From: a virus
Lineage: Duplodnaviria > Caudoviricetes
IMG/VR virus record: IMGVR_UViG_3300037313_002209
Span: 1-46,497 of that record
Length of the DNA: 46,497 nucleotides
Reading direction: 5' to 3' (one strand)
Shown: piece by piece, positions 40,918-46,497 of the stretch
Numbering within the stretch: position 1 is the first letter of the stretch
Layout of the letters: each line of letters opens with the position of its first letter
Made by a program: the position numbers and the translations under genes
Notes under the pieces: model-generated
What the model saw: the letters and a program-made list of their open reading frames with translations, nothing else
The model's database searches: none
Told to the model about the DNA's origin: nothing

Positions 40918-43140
40918 TTATGCTGACAGATTGATATTATCAGTTATTGTAATACCGATCTTTCGTTGGGCTTCGGCCAGGGTTTGTGTATACATACCGT
41001 CGGCAAATTTGTGGTGAATGCGCGTCACAGCATAAATGCCAGTGAACATTTCATTTTGTTTCAAACGCGGTGTGTTCGTCGCGTCGTTATAGCCTTGTGG
41101 AATATTAAACCTCAAAACAAAGCAATACTCCCCTAGATAGAAGGATGGATATAACCCTGTACTTGCGTCAATCCCTGTGCTTGGAATTGCTGGTGGGTTC
41201 GCTAGATCATCTCCCAGCCAGTAGGGGTCGCCTCTAATGTCCATGTTAATTGTTACCATTCCCATTTGGCTGCCTCCACCACGGTATAGTTCATTGAGGA
41301 GCAAGCCATAGACACTGCGTTGCTTTGACGGATCTTGTTCCAACATGTAAGCAGTAGCCGCCCGGTTACCTCCTCCTGAATGGAATGAGGATACCGGCGT
41401 TACGTCAAAGCTGGCGAGATCTCGCCAATTTAAATCCTCGGCGTAAGTTATGTTTGTCTTGTTTTGGCTTAGTTTACTTGTTTGGGATAACCTAGCATCG
41501 TTGGTTAACGTTACTGTCTGGCTTGTAAAAGCGCCGCCCACGGATGACACCGTTTGTTCTACTTCGACCGGCTTACCGCCAAACGCGGTTGTTTTCTCGG
41601 TAGGCACGTTTGGATTTGAACTGGTTTTACCAAGGTTTTGTGTGTCTGAAGCTTGTTGTGGTACTGTGGCTTGCCCAATATGGACTGTGCCGTCAAAATT
41701 GTCCTTGGTCATCAGCCAGTCAAACTGCAGGTTGATGTCAAATCTTATTATCTCGGTGTTTTGGCCGGTGAAAACGTAGTTATAGGCTTTCTGCAAAAAA
41801 CCATTTTTTATCAGGAAATCGACCTTAGCCTGGTTGCGCTCTGGTGATGTTGTTGACGTTGCCTGGGCATCGTTTGTGATCATGCCAACAACCTCGTATG
41901 GGCAGATTATATAGGTTATTTTTCGATCATAATCTTGTAAATCATGAGCATAGTCAATTATGTCGACTTTGGCTTTGACCATATGGAAGACACTTAGTTG
42001 GTCGACATTTTGCGTTTCCGGGTTGTCGGGATTGCGCGTAGCTGAGAACGCCATTGCACTAGCTGTTGGTGATGCAGCAAACAGGAGCTCAATTATAGCA
42101 ACAAGGGATTCACCTTGAGCTGCGCCAAAACCTGGATTACGCTGTGACTTCAACAATTGATTGTTTATGTCGATTTTATGCAGTAATGGGCTTGCTACAT
42201 TAGCAACCGGATGTTTGTAGGGGATATCGGCAATATGATATTCGAGATGTTGTCGGTTATTATCACGTTTGTTGATTGTATTCAATCGATCAAATATCTT
42301 GTTAAGAGCGGAGCCAACTGTGTCGTTTGGGCTAAGTTCCACTGACACTGTTTCAGGTAGCCTCATAATTGGATCTGATTTTGCCACATCATCATAGGGC
42401 TGTAGATCAAGTTCATGCACGCTGCCGGCGTCAGTTACGCGCGTGCGCATAGAAGAAAGGGCGCACGTCCACGACCACTCCCGGTCTAATATAGGCAGGG
42501 GTTTTCCGGTGTTAGCGTCATACCCTAAGAATTTGATAGACAGCCTCCACGGACCTTTTTGGTAATTTCGCTGTTTAAGTGTTCGTGCAGCCGCAATCAT
42601 AAGGTCAGGAAGGTTTGCTCCCATTGGCTCGACGACGCGCAAGTTCATACTCTGGACAGTGGTGCACCGGTTCTTAGCTCCTGGCGCAGGGTATGAATCC
42701 ATCTCAAGTGACTCAATGAACAAACTTGTCTTGCCAGTCTCGACAAGCGCGATCTCGTTCGCTGACTGCAGACTGTCTTCAATCATAGATAGGCGTATCG
42801 AATATGTCGGCTGGTCATATGCGTTTAACGGATTTTGCACCGGTGTCATTTTCACTTTGACATCTGGCGTGGCTGGCGTACTAGCTGTGTCCGCGTCTTG
42901 GGCGTTAACAGGCGCAAGGAAAGGTTGCCATGGATTGCCACTTGGCAGGTCACCTACATGCAGGTCCACTTCGTTGCTTGTGGGGTCTTGGCCTAGAGAG
43001 ATAGCTCCAAACCCTAGCACTGAGCTACTCGGAATAGCGTTTTGTTTATCATCGGAGCTTAGGCGGCCGGTGGGTGCGCTCGATGCAATATTTGGCTGGT
43101 CTTCGTTCGAAGATTTGATTATCGCCATGTCAGGCTCCAA
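40918..43140 (-). CDS. Baseplate hub protein (gp27-like)
   Basis: Lies between gp53-like and gp5; NPL..Y...TY, K.Y.Y.FTGQNTEI, IRGDPYWL, G.Y.V..I.H.F..G..TQTL motifs. Confidence 0.7.
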   Translation of the reverse strand: MEPDMAIIKSSNEDQPNIASSAPTGRLSSDDKQNAIPSSSVLGFGAISLGQDPTSNEVDLHVGDLPSGNPWQPFLAPVNAQDADTASTPATPDVKVKMTPVQNPLNAYDQPTYSIRLSMIEDSLQSANEIALVETGKTSLFIESLEMDSYPAPGAKNRCTTVQSMNLRVVEPMGANLPDLMIAAARTLKQRNYQKGPWRLSIKFLGYDANTGKPLPILDREWSWTCALSSMRTRVTDAGSVHELDLQPYDDVAKSDPIMRLPETVSVELSPNDTVGSALNKIFDRLNTINKRDNNRQHLEYHIADIPYKHPVANVASPLLHKIDINNQLLKSQRNPGFGAAQGESLVAIIELLFAASPTASAMAFSATRNPDNPETQNVDQLSVFHMVKAKVDIIDYAHDLQDYDRKITYIICPYEVVGMITNDAQATSTTSPERNQAKVDFLIKNGFLQKAYNYVFTGQNTEIIRFDINLQFDWLMTKDNFDGTVHIGQATVPQQASDTQNLGKTSSNPNVPTEKTTAFGGKPVEVEQTVSSVGGAFTSQTVTLTNDARLSQTSKLSQNKTNITYAEDLNWRDLASFDVTPVSSFHSGGGNRAATAYMLEQDPSKQRSVYGLLLNELYRGGGSQMGMVTINMDIRGDPYWLGDDLANPPAIPSTGIDASTGLYPSFYLGEYCFVLRFNIPQGYNDATNTPRLKQNEMFTGIYAVTRIHHKFADGMYTQTLAEAQRKIGITITDNINLSA

Positions 43141-43435
43141 GCTGCGTGTGCAACCGGTCAGGAGTCGCAGTGTAGATCGTCAGCCCTGTCACCATATCAA
43201 ATATTGGGTCCCGAATTAGGCCAGGATTTAAAACCATAAACGTCCATCTATAGTTGACTGTGCCATAAAGATCGTAAGACAGGAGATCCGGTCTAAAATT
43301 ATAGCGCGAAGATAAGGTAATCGGCACGTCAGTTCCATCTCTCTGAAACGAGCGGCTGACATACAGGCCCAAAAACCATGACGCTTGAGGGGTTGCATAT
43401 AATCGGCTTGTGTTTGGATAATTTATTTTAGGCAC
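43130..43435 (-). CDS. gp53: Baseplate wedge protein (gp53/LysM-like)
   Basis: Y..RPDLLSYDLYG....W.F...N...I.DP.FD. Confidence 0.85.
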   Translation of the reverse strand: MPKINYPNTSRLYATPQASWFLGLYVSRSFQRDGTDVPITLSSRYNFRPDLLSYDLYGTVNYRWTFMVLNPGLIRDPIFDMVTGLTIYTATPDRLHTQLGA

Positions 43436-44775
43436 TATGACCAGCCTCCAGTTCTCATTAGACTACCTTTGGCAAATGCATCCCAATCAAACGTACGCAG
43501 TTTGTTTGGCGTGTTTTGAACAACACAGGTAACGGTGATTGTTGTATAAGATGGCACCCAACCACTTAAACCAGCACTGTTCGTTCGCACATAGTCAACG
43601 TTGTTTGGCATATCGATTGTGAAATTGGTTACAATAACGGGCAGATTGTAAAACATCGCGTTGCCATAGCCGTTTAACACAAGAACAGGTGGCGGTGTGC
43701 CAGGAGCAGCGCTGTTTCCAAACCTCATCTTTGTAACAACGCGGAGGAAATGGATGCATGCAAGCAAGTACGCTGCTTCGCTTTGTGTTTGTGCTGAAAA
43801 CGGGCCGCTTATTGTCAGGTTCGTCGATGCCGTATTTTGGTAATAGCGGAACTCTTGGTTCGAATGAGTCACCATTTGGGTGCCGTAGTTTGCCTGTCCC
43901 ACGTATTGCACCTGCGGCGTGTATGGGAACATAAAGCCGTTCGTAGCGATCAAAGGATACAGCAACGACTGGCCAGCAATGCTGTTATTGGTTGTCGCCA
44001 TCGTCCCGCTGAGAGAAGATGCAAGTTCAGGATATTGTTGTAACATGCCTGCTAAGAGGCCGCTTGGATCAACTGCAGACACTACTCCGGATGGACTAAT
44101 GCCACCACCCGCGCCTCCTGACAGGATTGACATATCTTTCGGTGTTAATCGAAACCGGTGGTCGGATACGCTTACCTGCGCAGATGTAGCGCCAGAAGAA
44201 ACTGAATTGCTCGATAGTGTTGCTGTAGGTTGGCTAACAAGCGTGTTGGCTATTGACGGAACATCGTCCCACGTGCCACCTTCAACGCCTGGATTTACTA
44301 TATCACTGGAACCAACACCAGCCGCAGCGCCACTATCACCGTTATCCCACAGACCACCCTCTATTTGTGCGTTGGCATTCTGTGCTTGTCTCTCAGCAGC
44401 GATCTGTCTGTCAGATGCTGTTTGTCCTGCGGGTGCCACCGTTGGCGCGCTAGGTCTAATTGTCATCGTTGGTATATCTGGGGCTAGTCCATTTTGAACA
44501 GCGTTGATTCGCGTCAAATTTGCAGCATCCGGAATTGTCGCATTGCCGGTGTTCTGGATACCTAATCCTGCGATCCTATCAACGTCAGTTATTCCGGCTG
44601 CCTGCATGCCATTCTCGTAAGCAACCGCCTGTTGATTTATAGCTTCAAGTTGTGTCTGCAATTCAATTGGCGATAGGTTTGTCGGCATCTGCCCGGTAAG
44701 CTGTTGGAAGATTGATCCGCGCTGTGCAGTCAACGCGTTCATACCGTCTATTGTATAGAGCTGAGCGCCCATCAA
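43435..44775 (-). CDS. Baseplate tail-tube initiator/cap protein (gp48/54-like) with long N-terminal extension
   Basis: C-terminal FPYTP...HSN...HFLR.VTKM.FG...GTPPPV..LNGYG...VDY domain. Confidence 0.7.
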   Translation of the reverse strand: MMGAQLYTIDGMNALTAQRGSIFQQLTGQMPTNLSPIELQTQLEAINQQAVAYENGMQAAGITDVDRIAGLGIQNTGNATIPDAANLTRINAVQNGLAPDIPTMTIRPSAPTVAPAGQTASDRQIAAERQAQNANAQIEGGLWDNGDSGAAAGVGSSDIVNPGVEGGTWDDVPSIANTLVSQPTATLSSNSVSSGATSAQVSVSDHRFRLTPKDMSILSGGAGGGISPSGVVSAVDPSGLLAGMLQQYPELASSLSGTMATTNNSIAGQSLLYPLIATNGFMFPYTPQVQYVGQANYGTQMVTHSNQEFRYYQNTASTNLTISGPFSAQTQSEAAYLLACIHFLRVVTKMRFGNSAAPGTPPPVLVLNGYGNAMFYNLPVIVTNFTIDMPNNVDYVRTNSAGLSGWVPSYTTITVTCVVQNTPNKLRTFDWDAFAKGSLMRTGGWS

Positions 44776-44846
44776 TCACCTCAAACAAGGCATTTTACAC
44801 CAAAATGCGTTAAATAAATATATCTGCGTCTATTTCACACCACTGT

Positions 44847-44880
44847 AAGAAACCAGCGATCTCTAGATCGCTGGTTTCTT
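44847..44880. repeat. Perfect 16-bp inverted repeat
   Basis: AAGAAACCAGCGATCT-CT-AGATCGCTGGTTTCTT. Confidence 0.85.
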
Positions 44881-44892
44881 CTAATCTCTAAC

Positions 44893-44899
44893 TATTTAA
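44893..44899 (-). promoter_or_regulatory. T4-type late promoter
   Basis: TTAAATA upstream of the baseplate operon. Confidence 0.55.
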
Positions 44900-45018
44900 C
44901 GGCCTATTAAAGCCGGCTTTTATCCAATGTACGAATCAGAGATTGACGGTCGTTGTTTCCAAACCTTATTCTTTTGGACAAATTCATTTGCCAGAGCAAG
45001 TGAAAAAGGAGTTCACAA

Positions 45019-46497
45019 ATGATCAGCCCGCCAGTACGTATTAATTATCTAAACAATAAGGACCTATTGCAGGAGATTCACCGTAGCAAGGTGTCGTATT
45101 GCTCCTTTCTTGAAACGAAGTACGCTTGCTATGATGCGATCGTTTCGTCACCTAGTGAAATTACTGAAGAACTTATTCAGCAGATCAAGATCAAATGTGC
45201 TGCCAGATCGCTAATTCCACAAAAAGGTAAAGTAATTTCCAAACCAATCTTATCACCTGATGATGTGCACACTGAGGACATTGTGTGGCGGGTGATGACC
45301 TACGATCACATCCCTCTTGACCCCGCAAGATCAAAAAACCCTAAATCAGAAGCTGAGCGCCACAGAAAGACTAATTTTCCGCCCTTCAAGCATTTTGTTC
45401 TCAGGAATGGATCGCTCATCGAGGTTGGTCGTTCACATTGGATAGGCGGTTTGCAAAATGGCCATTTTTGTCAAGACCATGGATCTATAAACCGCGAACT
45501 AGCGCAAATGTTTATGACACTAGTGGATAGATATAGTCAACGAAGTAATTGGAGGGGGTATTGTCTAAATTATGAGACAAGCGCACTTACACAACGTGGG
45601 TGGCTTGGACCAGACGACATCACAGAGAATGACATGATCATGTCTTACCACGAAGGACAACTCAAATGGTCGAAGATCAAGTCAATATATCGAGGCGACT
45701 TCGACGGTCTTATGCATAACATTAAATGGCGCAGCATGAACCAGGTTGTCACACCTAACCACCGCCTGGTTACAGAACGCGGATTGATTCGCGCAGAGTA
45801 TATCCTTGATAGTGATGAAGTTATACTTATGGGGAATGAAGTTGCTGGGCCTTCAGACGAGAAGTATTCAGACGATTTTGTTGAATTAATGGGTTGGATT
45901 GTTACGGAAGGAAACTACGAATTCCTAAACGGCAATTTGCGCGCCATCAAGTTGTGGCAAAATGAAGGCACAAATGCAGACAGGATACGCAACTGCCTGC
46001 GTCGATTGGATTACAAATTTCACGAGGCGCCACGCTGTGGCACCAACCGAGTTTTTGCTATATGCCGGAGTGCAAGCCACAAAATCTTAGAAGTTCTTCC
46101 TTCTAAGAATCTCAACATGGCTTTTCTTCTGTCACTTAGTTCACGACAACGTGAATTGCTTATAAACACAATGGTTGCTGGAGATGGATTTATAGGCAAG
46201 CGTGGTGCCCGCCATTTCGACCAGAAGAACAAAGACGTGATGCATATGTTTATTACGCTGTGCTCTATGCAGGGTCATCGAGTGTTGTGCAGGAAGACTG
46301 ATATGAAGGATTATAAAAAAACCGGCATTTGCACAATGTATCGAACGATTGTGCTTAATGAAAAAGCAAACCGTGTAAGAGGCAAAAATCTTAGTTTCTG
46401 TGGCGGCAAACCTACAGGAAGACATATTACAGAAGATAATAAGGTACTCTTTCCGAACGAACCTACTCTCCCCTACAAAGGAAAGGTCTGGTGTCCT
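45019..46497 (+). CDS. gp55: Late-transcription sigma factor (gp55-like) with intein, truncated by the window end; absent from the ORF track
   Basis: Translated by hand, open from ATG 45019 (AAGGAG SD) to the end: NYLNNKDLLQEIHRSK...NFPPFKH...GRSHW.GG...LAQMFMTLVDRYSQRSNWRGY. Confidence 0.85.
   Translation, partial: MISPPVRINYLNNKDLLQEIHRSKVSYCSFLETKYACYDAIVSSPSEITEELIQQIKIKCAARSLIPQKGKVISKPILSPDDVHTEDIVWRVMTYDHIPLDPARSKNPKSEAERHRKTNFPPFKHFVLRNGSLIEVGRSHWIGGLQNGHFCQDHGSINRELAQMFMTLVDRYSQRSNWRGYCLNYETSALTQRGWLGPDDITENDMIMSYHEGQLKWSKIKSIYRGDFDGLMHNIKWRSMNQVVTPNHRLVTERGLIRAEYILDSDEVILMGNEVAGPSDEKYSDDFVELMGWIVTEGNYEFLNGNLRAIKLWQNEGTNADRIRNCLRRLDYKFHEAPRCGTNRVFAICRSASHKILEVLPSKNLNMAFLLSLSSRQRELLINTMVAGDGFIGKRGARHFDQKNKDVMHMFITLCSMQGHRVLCRKTDMKDYKKTGICTMYRTIVLNEKANRVRGKNLSFCGGKPTGRHITEDNKVLFPNEPTLPYKGKVWCP
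45562..46497 (+). mobile_element. Intein with LAGLIDADG-type endonuclease in the sigma factor (partial)
   Basis: Starts CLNYETSALTQRGW, block B VTPNHR, LMGWIVTEG and LINTMVAGDG endonuclease blocks, block F YKGKVWCP at the window end. Confidence 0.85.

Noticed and set aside
46020-46425. Two minus-strand ORFs in the track
   Set aside because: Antisense to the open sigma-intein frame.
1-46497. Genome-wide stop-codon reassignment
   Set aside because: Core genes are intact in the standard code, and TAG, TGA and TAA all end genes at sensible positions.

Overview
Fragment of a large T4-like (gp20/21/22/23/26/5/53/55-type) myophage genome, standard genetic code. No tRNA, rRNA or CRISPR seen. The host is probably an alphaproteobacterium (inferred from the HisKA_2-type kinase, single-domain receiver, RtcB subtype and surface-protein types). 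The left ~22 kb is accessory. It holds an intein-split RtcB, a DEDD exonuclease and a four-gene cluster with the domain order of a Type ISP restriction-modification enzyme (Mrr-like nuclease, SF2 helicase, N6-MTase/TRD, plus an extra SAM-binding half-MTase), cut inside the helicase between its Q-motif and Walker A. It also holds HTH proteins and cell-surface-type proteins (adhesin-like beta-rich protein, HAF-repeat fibre, PEP-CTERM protein, lipoprotein). The right ~24 kb is the head and baseplate module with TAAATA late promoters. It is interrupted by islands: two secreted GAF-like paralogs, and a GAF histidine kinase with a frameshifted receiver. Three inteins occur: RtcB (HNH), portal (mini) and the late sigma factor (LAGLIDADG, runs off the window and is missing from the ORF track). 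Recoding or small-gene signals are a probable ATT start for the portal, a -1 slippery site joining gp26-like and gp51-like ORFs, and a 14-aa Lys-rich micro-ORF. All family calls come from reading motifs by eye; no searches were run.
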